From NCBI GenBank assembly GCA_026936335.1, contig JAPMXV010000023.1:1-64000 (forward strand): a stretch of 64,000 nucleotides of DNA, given 5' to 3'. The DNA comes from Mantamonas sphyraenae STR306. Lineage: Eukaryota > Protista > CRuMs. The number at the start of each line of letters is the position of its first letter. The stretch's first letter is position 1. Positions 19,763 to 36,535 of this stretch are shown in pieces. Position numbers and translations under genes: made by a program. The notes beneath the pieces are model-generated. The model did not search any database. It was not told the origin of the DNA and was given only the letters and a program-made list of their open reading frames with translations.

Positions 19763-22735
19763 ATGTTCACCAAACTCACCCGCGCCTCACTCGCCCCGTC
19801 CACCCGCTCCACCCTCTCCCTCAACCAAACCCTCCACGGCTACGTTGTCAACAACATCCAAGACGTGCCCGAGTTTGATCTCCAAGTCGTCCAGCTCGAA
19901 CACCAGGACACAGGCGCACAGCACCTTCACATCCACACCGACGACCCAAACAATGTGTTTTCCGTCTCTTTCCCAACACAGCCCACCGACGACACAGGCG
20001 TGGCCCACATCCTCGAGCACACCGTCCTCTGCGGCTCCGAAAAGTACCCGGTCCGCGACCCCTTCTTCAACATGCTCAAGCGTTCCATGAGCACCTTTAT
20101 GAACGCCATGACCGCCTCCGACTTCACCACCTACCCCTTCTCCACTCTCAATGAGGTCGACTACCGCAACCTCATGAGCGTCTACCTCGACGCAACCTTC
20201 TTTCCGCAATTGGCCCGCGACGACTTTCTCCAGGAGGGCCATCGCTTTGACTTTGCCAACCACGACACAAACCCGCCCTCGGGTCTCCTCTACAAGGGCG
20301 TCGTCTACAACGAGATGAAGGGTGCCCTCGCAAACGCAGAGGCCCTCTACTACCACGAAGTCCTCCGCGCCCTCTACCCAAACACCACCTACCACTACAA
20401 CAGCGGCGGCCTCCCGTCTGCCATCCCCGACCTCACCTACGAACAGCTCGTCGACTTTCATCGCCATCACTACCATCCCACAAACGCCCGCTTCTTCACC
20501 TACGGCTCCTTTGATCTCGAGCCCACCCTCCAACACATCCACAACCACGCCCTCTCCCGCTTCGGTCCCATCCAGCCCGTCCCAGACGTCCCCGATGTCC
20601 ACCGCTACACCTCTCCCATCTCCACAACCGTCACCGGCCCGGCAAACGACATGGCCCCAAACCCCGACAAGCAGGTCATCACAGGCTCCACCTACCTCGC
20701 CAACGACGTCCGCGACCACTACACAACCTTCAAACTCGACGTCCTCTCCACCCTCATGTTTGACGGTCCCTCCTCCCCGTTCTTCCAGGCCCTCCTCGCC
20801 TCCGGTCTCGGCGACGCCTTTTCCCCCGTCACCGGCTACGCCTCCTACGTCAAGCACACCTTTCTCGGCGCCGGCGTACAGGGCACCTCCTCCGACCAGG
20901 TTGACAACGTCCTCCAAACCATCCAGGACACCTGGCACCGCGTCGCACACGACAGCCACGGCCTCTCCGACAAGCGCATCCAGGGCGTCCTCCACCAGCT
21001 CGAGATCAGCCGCCGCGTAAAGGGCACAGACTTTGGCCTCTCTCTCCTCTGGGCCCTCATGCGCTCCTGGGCCCACCAGAAGGATCCCATCGAAACCATT
21101 CTCCTCTCCAAGCACATCGATGCCCTACGCGCAGACCTCCAAACCGGCAAGGTCTTTGAGCCCCTCGTCCAGCAGTACATCCTCGACAACCCGCACCGCG
21201 CAGACGTCACCATGCTCCCCGACGCAGACTACCACGCTTCCCTCCAGCGCACAGAGGCCCAACGTCTCGCCACCCTCGAAGACGCCTTCAACGACGACCA
21301 GAAGCGCGACATCGTCGACACCGCTCGCCGCCTCCAGGAGCGCCAGGACCAGGACCAGGACATGAGCATCCTCCCCACCCTCACACGCGACGACATCAAC
21401 CCGCACGGCATCGACTGGAACCTCGTCCCTACCACCGTCCACGACAGCCCCGTCTTTGTCAACGAGCAGGCCACGAACCAGGTCGCCATCGTCCACTCTC
21501 TCTTTGACCTCCCGTCTCCACTCCCGCCCCATCTCCAGGACGCCCTCCCGCTCTTCAACGCCACCCTCACACGCCTCGGCGCTGCAGACATGGACGACCA
21601 GCAGCTCAACCAAGAGATCGACCTCCACACAGGCGGCATCGGCCTCTCCTCCGTCGTCCATGCCAATCTCGACGACGCCTCCTCCTTCACACACAGCGTC
21701 CTCCTCGGAAGCCGTGCCCTCGACCGCAATGCCTCCCACATGAGCTCCCTCATCCGCGCCGTCCTCAACGAGCCCTGGCACGACGACCGCGCCCTCCCCA
21801 CCCTCCGCACACTCATTGCCAGCCGTGCCAGCGCCCTTACAGACAGCGTCGCTCAGAACGGCCACGTCTTTGCACGCACTCTCGCCGCTGCACCCCTCTC
21901 CCCGTACCACGCCCTCTGTGAACGCCTCGACGGTCTCTCCCACGTTCGCTACATGAACAACCTCCAGGCAAACCCCGAAGCGCCCCAACTCATCCTCACC
22001 CACTTTGACCAACTCTCCCAATCCCTCTTTGACCCGGCCTCCCTCCGCACAAAGATCACCGCCGACCGCCAAACCCTCGACTCTGCCACCCACGATGCCC
22101 TCGCCTACCTCCAGCACATCGGCCAGCGCCACCAGCCCCTTCCCTCTTCCTCTTCCTCCGCCTCCGATCCCTCCCACCGCCGCCTGTTTTACCACGTGCC
22201 CTTCCCAGTCAACTACGGCGCCAAGGCTGTTCCCACTGTCGCCTACAACCACCCAGACTACCCGGCTCTCACCGTTGCCGCAAAGATCATGGGCGCAAAC
22301 TACCTCCACCGTGAGATCCGCGAAAAGGGCGGCGCATACGGCAGCGGCGCCATCCAAGGCCCCGGTGCAATGACCTTTTTCAGCTACCGCGACCCTCGCA
22401 CCCTCGAGACCCAGCAGGTCTTTGACGACGCCTGCACTTGGCTCGCACGCGGCGAATTCACACAACGCTGGCTCGACGAGGCCATCCTCAGTGTCTTTGG
22501 CCAGGTCGACGCTCCCGTCGCCCTCCAGGCTCGTGGCAACGCCCAGTTCCTCCACAACATGACCTACGACGACCTCGAACGCCGCCGCCAGCAGTACCTC
22601 GCTGTCTCCCGCGACGACATTGTCGACGTCGCCCAACGCTACCTCGTCGACGTCGATGGCTCCCGCGCCATCCTTGGCTCCCTCACCGACGACCTACGCA
22701 CACGCCTGGGCAACGACTGGGAAACCGAGATGTGA
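19763..22735 (+). CDS. PITRM1: Mitochondrial presequence protease (M16C, PreP/Cym1)
   Basis: Inverted zinc motif GVAHILEHTVLCGSEKYPVRDPFF, KGVVYNEMKG, LHREIREKGGAYG, SYRDP. N-terminal mitochondrial targeting-like peptide. Confidence 0.95.
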   Translation: MFTKLTRASLAPSTRSTLSLNQTLHGYVVNNIQDVPEFDLQVVQLEHQDTGAQHLHIHTDDPNNVFSVSFPTQPTDDTGVAHILEHTVLCGSEKYPVRDPFFNMLKRSMSTFMNAMTASDFTTYPFSTLNEVDYRNLMSVYLDATFFPQLARDDFLQEGHRFDFANHDTNPPSGLLYKGVVYNEMKGALANAEALYYHEVLRALYPNTTYHYNSGGLPSAIPDLTYEQLVDFHRHHYHPTNARFFTYGSFDLEPTLQHIHNHALSRFGPIQPVPDVPDVHRYTSPISTTVTGPANDMAPNPDKQVITGSTYLANDVRDHYTTFKLDVLSTLMFDGPSSPFFQALLASGLGDAFSPVTGYASYVKHTFLGAGVQGTSSDQVDNVLQTIQDTWHRVAHDSHGLSDKRIQGVLHQLEISRRVKGTDFGLSLLWALMRSWAHQKDPIETILLSKHIDALRADLQTGKVFEPLVQQYILDNPHRADVTMLPDADYHASLQRTEAQRLATLEDAFNDDQKRDIVDTARRLQERQDQDQDMSILPTLTRDDINPHGIDWNLVPTTVHDSPVFVNEQATNQVAIVHSLFDLPSPLPPHLQDALPLFNATLTRLGAADMDDQQLNQEIDLHTGGIGLSSVVHANLDDASSFTHSVLLGSRALDRNASHMSSLIRAVLNEPWHDDRALPTLRTLIASRASALTDSVAQNGHVFARTLAAAPLSPYHALCERLDGLSHVRYMNNLQANPEAPQLILTHFDQLSQSLFDPASLRTKITADRQTLDSATHDALAYLQHIGQRHQPLPSSSSSASDPSHRRLFYHVPFPVNYGAKAVPTVAYNHPDYPALTVAAKIMGANYLHREIREKGGAYGSGAIQGPGAMTFFSYRDPRTLETQQVFDDACTWLARGEFTQRWLDEAILSVFGQVDAPVALQARGNAQFLHNMTYDDLERRRQQYLAVSRDDIVDVAQRYLVDVDGSRAILGSLTDDLRTRLGNDWETEM

Positions 22736-22793
22736 TCTCCCACAAGTCAATTTGAAAAACACCCTTTCATTCCCTCGGCTCCAAGCCCGGGAA

Positions 22794-23488
22794 TCACTCC
22801 AGGATCAACTCCTCGTCCTCCTCATACGTCTGGCTCTGCTTCTTGCTGCTCTTGCTGCTCTTGCTGCTGTTCGGGTTCGAGTTCTGGCTCGTCAGCTCTC
22901 GTCGGAACAGCAGGATGTGTGGCTCCGGACTGTGCTTCGCATAGTGGATCTACAACACCGTTGTTCACACGCACACCCCCTTTCCCGTGTCAGCGCTCCA
23001 CTTCCGGCCGCGTTTCCGCCCCCTTCCGATCTTCACGCGCGCCAAAAATCCACTTTGCAAAAGCCCGCCCACAACCACTCACCCAGCCCCTGCTCTGCTG
23101 CACGCCCAGACCACGCCACTCCGTCTCGCTCATCAGCTTGTTCTTCGGCACCATCTTTGCGATGTCGTTCGGCAGGATAACGTGACTGTTCCAATCCACC
23201 CCACACCGCGTCCGTGTCAGCGTACCGTTGACGCGCGGATTTTTTTGGCGCGCGCCCAAATCTCCACCTCCTCCCACCCCCGTCTCCAGCAACCATGCAC
23301 TGCCCACAACACGTCCACCGCCTTGCTCCAAAACACACACACATGACCATCCCCATCACTGCACGTCCGGCCCCCTCCTGCCCTCCCCACGACAGTTTGC
23401 TTCAAAGGCTCCAAATCCACCCAACCTACCGGTACTCGTACACGTCGTCATAGTATTTCTCAGAGTACATAATTTGCTTGGCAGACAT
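22794..23488 (-). CDS. CKS1: Cyclin-dependent kinase regulatory subunit CKS (3 exons)
   Basis: Spliced product [20 protein letters not shown]|HVILP...[18 protein letters not shown]|[17 protein letters not shown], with canonical GT-AG introns. Confidence 0.95.
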
Positions 23489-23605
23489 GGTTGTGTAAGT
23501 GTTGGTTGTCTGGGTTGCGTTCTGTGAATGATATGTGCCTGTGTCTTTGCCTTTTCAACTGCCCCGCGCAGCGCAGCGAAACACACACCCAACAACAACA
23601 GTCCC

Positions 23606-27740
<4,135 letters not shown>

Positions 27741-27782
27741 CGAGCCAATTCAAACTCCATTCATGCATTGCCAGTCACTCAC

Positions 27783-29218
27783 TCATTCGCGCGTCAACAA
27801 GTACATCGACGAAGCGTGCGGCGGAATGCCCGACGACGTGAAGCCCGTGTTGAAGATGCCCACGTCTTGGTGAGCCCACAGATCGCGCACGTGCACGCGC
27901 GTGTTGTTCAGACCCACCGCACCAAAGTCCACACGGATGTCAATGGGCGGTTCGGCAATGTGCACCTGGCTGTTGTACAGCACGACAGCCACAGAGCCAT
28001 CCGACAGCGGCTTCGCCCACACCTGCCCGCCATCCGTAAAGTTTTGCGCCAGATCACCACCCTGGTGAGTGTCCGTGTTCACTGCAAGGATCTCCTTGTT
28101 CATCAGGATCTCCTTCTTCTGCGGCTCATTGTCCAGGTCGCTGATGTCCGTAGCAACAATCAGCGGGCCCCCAAACAGCGCCCACATCGCAAACTCCGTC
28201 TTGGACTCGTTGAATGTGAACGGAAACAGTCCCGTCATCAGAAAGTCTGGGTCATTCCATCCACCAGGGCCCTCAAACTTGCTCAGCCCTGCCATCTTCT
28301 GGATGATGTCCGCAGTGCCGGACGGTGACTCCCAAATCGCTGTCAACCCATCCCACACACGAGTTCCCCAATGTCAGAGACGCACAACTTGCACATCCAT
28401 CCCACTCACATTTGCGCCTCATGGCCCGTGCCTCACGCCCTCGCCCCCCTCCAACAACCCCGCCCCAAAACTCACGCAAATGGTCCGGATGCACACGGTA
28501 CATGTTTGCAATCTCTCGCCAGTTGTTCTGTGCAGGTTCGCCCTCGCCCCAGTCACACGTAGACTGCAAAGCCGTGTCAGCACAACCAAAGAAAACGGGC
28601 CTTTCGCTCTCGCTCAACGCCGCGACACAATCCACGCACAAACAAAATCGGCTTCCCCGTCTTGTTCAGGCTTTCACTGAACATGCTGTACACCTGCTTG
28701 GGCGGCAACGCAGGGTGGTGGCACCAGTCCAGCTTGACAAAGTCGATGCCCCACTCGGCCATGCGCTTGGCGTCGTCGTCAAAGTGGCCCCACGAGCCGG
28801 GTCGCCCGCGCTTGCACGTCTCTGTGCCTGCGCACAAGTAGATGCCAATCGACAGGTTCTTGCTGTGCACATAGTCTGCCAGCGCCTTCATGCCGTTGGG
28901 AAAGTTGGTTGGGTCCGGCTGCAGCTGCCCGTTTGCGTCCCGGGTCGTCGCCGACCAGCAGTCGTCCATGTTCACGTACTGGTAGCCCAGCTCCTGCATG
29001 CCGTTGCTGTGCATTGCGTCGGCCATCTTCTTGATCAGTGCCTCGTCGCAGTAGTCCAACAGACCGCAGTAATCGTCTGTGCACCATGTGTTCCAGCCTC
29101 GCGGTGGCGTCAGTGCAAGCCCGTTGTCCAGCGCTGCTGCATGGCACACCAAACATGCCACCACCACCACCACGGCCAACCACGCTGCGTGTGCTCCGTT
29201 GCTTTGAATAATTTTCAT
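27783..29218 (-). CDS. Secreted alpha-galactosidase / alpha-N-acetylgalactosaminidase (GH27), multi-exon
   Basis: Signal peptide, LDNGLALTPPRGWNTW, VNMDDCW, WGIDFVKLDWC, GPGGWNDPDFL, C-terminal beta-sandwich VRDLWAH. Confidence 0.93.
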
Positions 29219-29260
29219 TTCTGTTGCAAAATCGCTTGAGTTGCGCCGCCTCTCGCCATC

Positions 29261-31662
29261 TCACAACTTTGCTGCACGTTTCAACGTCGGACGAATCAGC
29301 GACTCGTAGTACGGCGGCACACCGCGTGCGTCAGTCATCGGCTCGGCAGCATTGACTTTCGCAAAGTACTTTTCGTACACGTTGCCGTCGTATGCGCCCA
29401 GCGGGCTCTTCAGCACAAAGTCCTTGATGTTGAACGAGTCGACCAGCGGCACCGCTTGTTCGCGCACCTCATCACACAGCGCAAGCACCTCGGCACGCAA
29501 CGTGTGCGACTGCTCCGTGTCCACAAAGCCCGTCTCCAGAAGCAGAGCACGGTGCTCTTCCAGGTTCTTCAATCCCCACAGCGCAAACAGCTTTGCCAGC
29601 ATCCCACCCAGCTGTGCATCTTCCTTCATCACACGCTCCACCGCCATGTGGAACGACTCCATCATGTACGTGTGCGTGTGGTGACGCGCAACCTCGATCA
29701 GCTGCACAAGGTTTGCGTTCCACGCCTCCAGCTCGTCCATCCCGTCCCCAATGCACTCCTGCAACTGTTCGCCTGTCTGCATGATGATCTTGCACGCCAT
29801 CAGTTGGTGTGCCTCCAGGATGAAGCGTCCGTCGCGCATGCTCGCTCCGTCCGTGGCTGCGCTCTGCTTCACATCCACAATCTCCTCCAGTCGGTTCAGG
29901 TACGCCACCGTACCCTCCAGCTCCGTTCCCATCATTGCCTTTTGCAACATGCGCATGACACTCTTGGCGTTCTGCTGGCAGATCACTGTGTTGTCGCCCT
30001 CCCACGAGCACTGCACCGCAAAGTCGTTCAGCGACGTCGACAGCTCGCTGTACGCGCTGTATCCGTGCCCACCACACGACTCACGACACACCTCCAGACC
30101 AGCCTTGGTGTACCAGGTGCAGAACGCCTTGAGGCCACTGGAGATCGAGTGCAGATCGGCAAGCATGCGCATGTCTGGTTCGCCGCTTTCGATCGTGTCC
30201 ATCACTGCGTAGTAGTCGTTGCTCCAGCCGCTCCGCCGTAAAGTGCATCCCAAACGAGCCTGCAATCAGCGGCATCAGCCGGTACTTGTGCGTCTGGTAG
30301 TCCAGAATCTGCCGTTCCGGCTGGCCTTCCTTTGCCGGGAATTGCCTTCGCACGGCACCGTAGCGCACTGCAATCGTCAGACTCTTTTGCAGCTGTCGTG
30401 CAGAGTCGTCCACAATGTGCACGCGCCCGCCAATCAGAGCGGCATACGCAATCTGAGCCTTCACGGGCTTTGTGTACCTGCCCTGCCTGTCCACCTTGGC
30501 GTACTTCATGAGCATGTTGGTTCGTGGAATGCGCACCTCGCTAAACAGAATCCAGCCGTTGTCCAGGCCGTTGCGCCCCATCTTGTGTCCGCAGTCGCCT
30601 GCCACCACACCTGGCATGAGTGAATGATCCTCCAGCGAACGCAACTGCACCAGAAACGCATGCACGCCGTGGTCCGTGTCGCCGATGATCAGGCGTGCAA
30701 ACACCACACAGTGTGTGGCCGACTGTCCTGCCCCTCCAATCCACCACTTGGCGGACGTCAGCGTGGGCGAGTTGAGCACAAACTCGTCGCTGTCCCTGTC
30801 AAACACCGCACGCGTTTGCAGGCCCGGCACATACGACCCGTGACCCAGTTCGGTCATGGCAAAGCAGCCGATGATGCCCAACCGTGTGATCAGAGGGTCG
30901 TACTCGGCAATCAGTTCGTCTGTACCCTGAGCACGCAGAGTCTGCCGGAACAGCAAGTAATGCACACCTGTGCGTGTCTCTGCACTGCTGTCAAACAAGC
31001 CCATCTGCTTCTTCAGCGCCACCGAACGCACATCCCGGATCGACGCGTCCTTGTTGCCCGTCATCTCGTAGATCTCCAGCATACGCTTCATGCGCATAAA
31101 CGTGCGCTCACGCAGCTCCTGCCGACTCATGTCGTGGTCGCGGTCGCTGTTGAAGATCGGGTCGCGTTCCAGCAGTTTGAACAGCTGTTCCGTCAACTGC
31201 GAAACCCACACGAAAAATCCGACGCGTCAGCACCGGTCGCCAAGTGCGTGTTTACACGCCCTCGTCACCCTCCGCACACATCACACGCATCCCAAGCAAC
31301 CCCTCGCCTCGTTGCGTCTCATCCATGCACCCACGGTGTCGTCCCTGCGGCTGTCTGTTGCCTACGGGCCCTGAGCACCACTTCTTCTCGCCCCCTCCTC
31401 CGACAAAAAAAGGGCTGTCCAGTACGCAGACGGCTCCTCAACACACACACATCACCAGGGCCACCGAAATAGCCGTCCTGGCCGCCTGCGTCCATGGACC
31501 ACAGACCACACCTACCAGCGTGTTGTCTTTGCCTCCATCCAGCAGATAGGTCATCTCGCGAGGGTTGAAGCTGGCCTTGCGTCTCTCCTCCTCCAGCGGC
31601 GACTCAAACACTTGCGTGTCAAAGGACGCCAGCGTGCTGTTGGCACCGTACGTTGTGGACAT
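29261..31662 (-). CDS. ACOX: Peroxisomal acyl-CoA oxidase; one intron; frame break at ~30224
   Basis: GCFAMTELGHGS, KWWIGG, DCGHKMG, AVRYGAVRRQF, CRESCGGHGY, WEGDNTV, C-terminal PTS1 AKL. Confidence 0.95.
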
Positions 31663-31772
31663 AGTCAGAAGTGGAAGAAAGGTGGTTGCGGGGGGGGGAG
31701 TTGGGGTCAATCTCTGAAGAGGTTGGGGTGTCTGCCCAGGGGCCACCATCCCATTTTCCACCGCCTTCTGCC

Positions 31773-33649
31773 ATGGTGAGCCATCCCCGCTTCCTGCTTC
31801 CTTGCCTCACTTTCCACTCACCTCCGGTTCTTTGCAATCCCACCTCAACCCGTGACCTGGCAGTCTGGAAAGCGATCTCGCGACGACCAGACGGAGGATC
31901 CGTCGATGGACACGGTGACCAAGGAGAACGCGTCGTTTGTGGACACGGCGCTGGAGTACGAAGACCTGGTGGGCGACGAGGAGGAAGAAGACGATGTGGT
32001 GGACCCGCAAAGCTCAGAGTACGAAGACCACCTGCCGCCAGTGGAAGAGGACCAGCTGGACGACAACGTGGTGATTCCAGGCGTCGAGCTGCGTCGGGGC
32101 ATCATGGACCGAGGCCTGGGCAAGGGAACCACGTCCTCCTCCTCCTCCTCCTCCTCCTCCTCCTCTTCCAACAGCGGCCGGGGCAGCCGGGGTCGGGCCA
32201 ACGATGACGGATTGGACCTGGACGGCCAGGACGACGACGAGGAGAATGCGGTAAGGGACTTTGGTGGTGGTGGTTTGCATTCCTGCGGGCGACGAGTGCC
32301 GCCCACGTACGCAGCACACACTGACACGACAGATGGGTGACGGAATTTCGGTGGGAATGTTTCATGTGCCACTGTGGGACGATGTACACACGCAGGGGCC
32401 ACGTGTGTGGCGTCGAGACGTGGACGGACTGGCGGACGGGGAGGAACTGGACTACGACCCGACGGCATACGACACACTTCACGGCTTCAACCTGGACTGG
32501 TCTTGCATGAGCTTCGACATCCTTGCGGACTCGCTGGGATCGGAACGCACACGCTACCCAATGACCATGTATGCAGTGGCCGGGTCGCAGGCAGACTCGC
32601 GACACGACAACACGCTGACGGTGTTCAAGCTGGACCAGGTGCCACGCACATACTTCAACGAAGACGACGACAACGCCCTCAACGACGACGACGATGACGA
32701 GGAGGACTACGAACCGGTGATGCAGCAGCGTACGGTGAAGCACGACGACGGTGTCAACCGCGTACGTGCCATGCCCCAATCCTGCAACATTGTGGCCACC
32801 TGGAGTGCCTCGGGAATGGTCCATTTGTACGATTTGGGTGCACACATCGCCGCCCTGGACGCGCCGCTGACCGAACAGCTCAAGGACGAGCCCTTTCAGA
32901 GCTTTGAGGGCCACGCCAACGAGGGCTACGCCATGGATTGGAGCCCGCTCAAGAAGGGACGGCTCGTCACAGGCGACTGCTCCAAGTATATCTACCTGTG
33001 GACACGGTCGCAAGGCACATGGAAGGTCAAGCAGCAGCCGTACAGCGCACACTTGGATTCGGTGGAGGACCTGCAGTGGAGTCCTGAGGAGGAGGACGTG
33101 TTTGCCTCCTGCTCCGTGGACCAGACCATCCGCATTTGGGATGTGCGCACCAAAAAGGGACAGGTGATGCACTGGCATGCGCATGACGCCGACGTCAACG
33201 TGATTGCCTGGAACACCTTTGACTCCAACTCACACCTGCTGGCCTCTGGTGGCGACGATGGCATCGTGCGCGTGTGGGACCTGTCTTGCATTCGCGATTC
33301 GCCTGACGAGGCCCTGTACGAGCATCTGGAGTGGCATCAGTCCCCAGTGACGAGCCTGGAATGGTCGCCGCACAGCGATTCGGTGCTGCTCTCCTGCAGT
33401 GACTCCCCCGACGACCAGGTGGCCATTTGGGACTTTGCGTTGGAAACGGACGAGGAAGCCAAACCCATCGACAATGTCGACAAGGGCTACGATGATGAGG
33501 AGTTGCCTCCGCAGCTCTATTTCGTCCACCAGGGCCAGACAAGCATCAAGGAGGCCCACTGGCACCCGCAGATCCCGGGACTCGTCATCAGCACCGCTTT
33601 GGATTCGTTCAACGTGTGGAAGGCACACAACATGACTGGAAGGCAATGA
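31773..33649 (+). CDS. GRWD1: Ribosome assembly WD40 protein RRB1/GRWD1 (first coding exon appears to be ATG only)
   Basis: ELDYDPTAY, WSCMSFDI, EGYAMDWS, SVEDLQWSP, HQGQTSIKEAHWHPQIPG. ATG|GTGAG at 31773-31776 splices in frame to CAG|TCTGGA at 31863. Confidence 0.92.
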
Positions 33650-33707
33650 ACAGCATGGCTCACGCAGCGCCACGCCAACAACAACAACAAATCAAACCCA
33701 CCCATCC

Positions 33708-35687
33708 ATGAGCCTGGTGCAATTGTTGGAGCAGCAGGACACAGAAGCACTATTGGCGTTGGCAGAGGCAGACACAGACACGGATTGGGAAACCACAGTG
33801 GCGTTGCATGGGGACGAGCTGGCGGCAGTTCACGTGGCAGCAAAGGCCGGCGACCTGTCCTTGTGGAGGGCGCTGGTGACACAAGCAGGCGTGGATGCCA
33901 ATCAACGCACAGGCATCCACCGTCTCACGCCACTCCACTACTTTGGTCTGCAAACGGGCATGCTGGGGCGCGTGTTTGCGGACGCCCAGGAACGCGCCCT
34001 TGCGCTGGACTTGCACGCCGCCAACGACCTCGGCATCACCGTGTTGCACGCCATTGCGGCACGGGGCGACGTGGAAGCATTGGAGGCACTCATTGCGTAC
34101 AGTGAGGCAATGGGTGTGCAAGCAGATGTGGAGCACACAGACGTGGACGGGAAAACGGCGCTCGTGGACGCGGCCATGAACAAGCAGTACGCAGTGGCAA
34201 TGGCGCTGGTGGAACAGATGGGTGCGAATGTGAATGCCAGCGATGGAATCCTGCACAAGAGTGTGCTGCACCTGTGTTGCGTGGAGGCAGACGGAAAGGA
34301 ATTGGCCGAATTTCTCGTGGCCCATGGGGCTGAAGTGGAGGCTGAGGACAGCAGCCAACGCACGCCATTGCATTACACAGCCATTGAGGGCCTTGTGGAC
34401 ACAGCTCGTGTGCTGTTGGACACGGGGGCGGTGTCGCTGGGGCGAGCGGAACACGACGGCTTCACGGTGTTGCACTACGCGTCGATCAATGGCCACCGCG
34501 CATACGTGGACATGATTCTGCAGGAAAACGTACGTGTGGATGTCGCACGCAGGGTGCGTGTGAATGCAGGTGAGCAGTACGGACGTACGGTGCTGCACTT
34601 TGCGGTGGCCAAGCAGGATGGGCAGGCGTGTGCTCAATGGTTGGACACCCTGGAACAGGACTACGGGGCAGAGGAGAACCGAATCGACGTGAACGCAGCA
34701 GACACAAATGGGCGAACGGCAGTGCAGATGGCCACCATGTTGGGAGCACTGGAGTTGGTCAAGCAGCTTGTCGAGGTGGGCCACGCAGACACACGGATGT
34801 GTGTGCACCTTGCAGCCAGACAGGGACACGCACACGTGCTACGCTACCTGTTGGAGGACAAAGGCGAGCAACACACAGGCGAGACGGAGAAGGAGGACGA
34901 TGACGGACGAACGCCGCTACTGGCTGCACTGAAGCAAGGTCACGTCGAGTGTGCACGTGTGTTGTTGGACGCAGGAAGCAGTGCAGAGGGCACAGGCAAC
35001 GATGGACAGGGGGCGTTTGCATTGGCGTGTGGCAGCGGCAGTGTGGAGTGTGTGGAACTGCTCCACTCGCGTGGCCTCGTGGACGTGTTTGCAGAGTCAT
35101 CCTCGGGCATGACTGCCATGCACTATGCAGCCACGGGCTCGGGCGACGTGGTGGCCATGTTGGTGGACATGGGATTGCCCGCACATGCGGTGGCCGAAGG
35201 CTTGAACGGAGCCACGCCCTTGCATCTGGCCGCCATGATGGGCAATGCGGACACGGTGCAGGCCCTGCTGGACTACGATGCCAAACACGACGCACAAGAC
35301 GCCGCACAGCGTGTGCCATTGCACTACGCGAGCGCAAGCACAGTGCAGGTGTTGCTCAACGTCATGGACGATACCAACCACAGCGATGCGTTTGGACTCA
35401 CGCCGTTGCATGTGGCTGCCATGTATGGCAAAATCGACGTTGTCAGAGCCTTGCTTGCCCATGGGGCCGATCGAGAGTTGCAGGACGACACCGGAACCAC
35501 TGCCCTGGGACACGCCCAATCTGGAGGCCACACTCGGGTCGTCGCCCTGTTGCAGACAGACACGCAAGACAATGATGTGGCCGGGTCCCAGACACCAGGC
35601 TCTGCATTGGAATGGTTGTTGTCGCAACCCTCCGGCACGGAAGGAGGGACATCCTCCTCTTCTTCCTCCTCCAAACAAGAAGAATGA
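33708..35687 (+). CDS. Ankyrin repeat protein
   Basis: More than 12 ankyrin repeats (GxTPLHxAA), e.g. GLTPLHVAAMYGKIDVVRALLAHGAD. Confidence 0.9.
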   Translation: MSLVQLLEQQDTEALLALAEADTDTDWETTVALHGDELAAVHVAAKAGDLSLWRALVTQAGVDANQRTGIHRLTPLHYFGLQTGMLGRVFADAQERALALDLHAANDLGITVLHAIAARGDVEALEALIAYSEAMGVQADVEHTDVDGKTALVDAAMNKQYAVAMALVEQMGANVNASDGILHKSVLHLCCVEADGKELAEFLVAHGAEVEAEDSSQRTPLHYTAIEGLVDTARVLLDTGAVSLGRAEHDGFTVLHYASINGHRAYVDMILQENVRVDVARRVRVNAGEQYGRTVLHFAVAKQDGQACAQWLDTLEQDYGAEENRIDVNAADTNGRTAVQMATMLGALELVKQLVEVGHADTRMCVHLAARQGHAHVLRYLLEDKGEQHTGETEKEDDDGRTPLLAALKQGHVECARVLLDAGSSAEGTGNDGQGAFALACGSGSVECVELLHSRGLVDVFAESSSGMTAMHYAATGSGDVVAMLVDMGLPAHAVAEGLNGATPLHLAAMMGNADTVQALLDYDAKHDAQDAAQRVPLHYASASTVQVLLNVMDDTNHSDAFGLTPLHVAAMYGKIDVVRALLAHGADRELQDDTGTTALGHAQSGGHTRVVALLQTDTQDNDVAGSQTPGSALEWLLSQPSGTEGGTSSSSSSSKQEE

Positions 35688-35715
35688 ACAGCAACATGAC
35701 ACATGACACATGGAC

Positions 35716-36498
35716 TCAAAAGAACTTGTACTTGCCTGTGCGCATGACAATGCGCATGGACTCGGAAAACTGCTGGACCTCTGTGCCGGGCTCATTGGAG
35801 CTGGGCTCAAAGGCGCTGAGAAACTCCTGGTCAAAGGTGCTGCTCCAGGTGATGTCAACGGTGGTGAGCAAGGGACACGCAGAGGCGAGTTCGTCAAACA
35901 GGTCCTGGTCGAGCTCGGAGCAGCTGAAGAGCACGAGAGACTCGAGTGTGGAGGCCAGCGAGGTGGCCAGTTCAATGACAATGGTGTTGCTGAGGTCCTT
36001 GAAACCCGAAATGGTCAGGTGGCGCAACTTCTTGGCCTGTTCGGCCAGGTTGATCAGGGCAATGCCCTTGGTTTGGGCGTTGCCCGACAACAGCACCGTC
36101 TCCAGATTGGTAAACGTGTTGGCCAGCGACGTCAGCGACATCGTGTTGGTGCCCATCACACCACGCACATCCAAGTGGCGCAGACTCTCTGCCAGGGTGC
36201 CATTGTTGAAGCGCAGCAGGGCACCCAGCTCAAAGTGGGCGCAGTTGCGCACACTCAGGTGTTCCAGCTGCTTCGAGGCGGCGCTCTCAAACTCGGAGCC
36301 CTTGACCCACTCATTGGTGTCAATTTCCAGCTCACGCAGCTCAGGCAGCTGCGTCAGCACCTGCTGCAGCGCCTCTGTGTCCACCCGCGGTCCTGGCGAG
36401 TTGAAGTGCAGCACCTGCAGACCCTTGCTCAGCTTCTCCGTCTCGGCAATGTTTACCAGCGAGATGGATGTCAGCTTGGCACAGTGCGACAGGTTCAG

Positions 36499-36535
<37 letters not shown>

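Noticed and set aside
36499-36534. (TG)n/(CA)n tracts here and near 56.2, 56.4, 58.3, 59.5 and 60.1 kb, plus coding trinucleotide runs
   Set aside because: Ordinary intronic/intergenic microsatellites and poly-Ser/Asp/Glu linkers with no higher-order structure.
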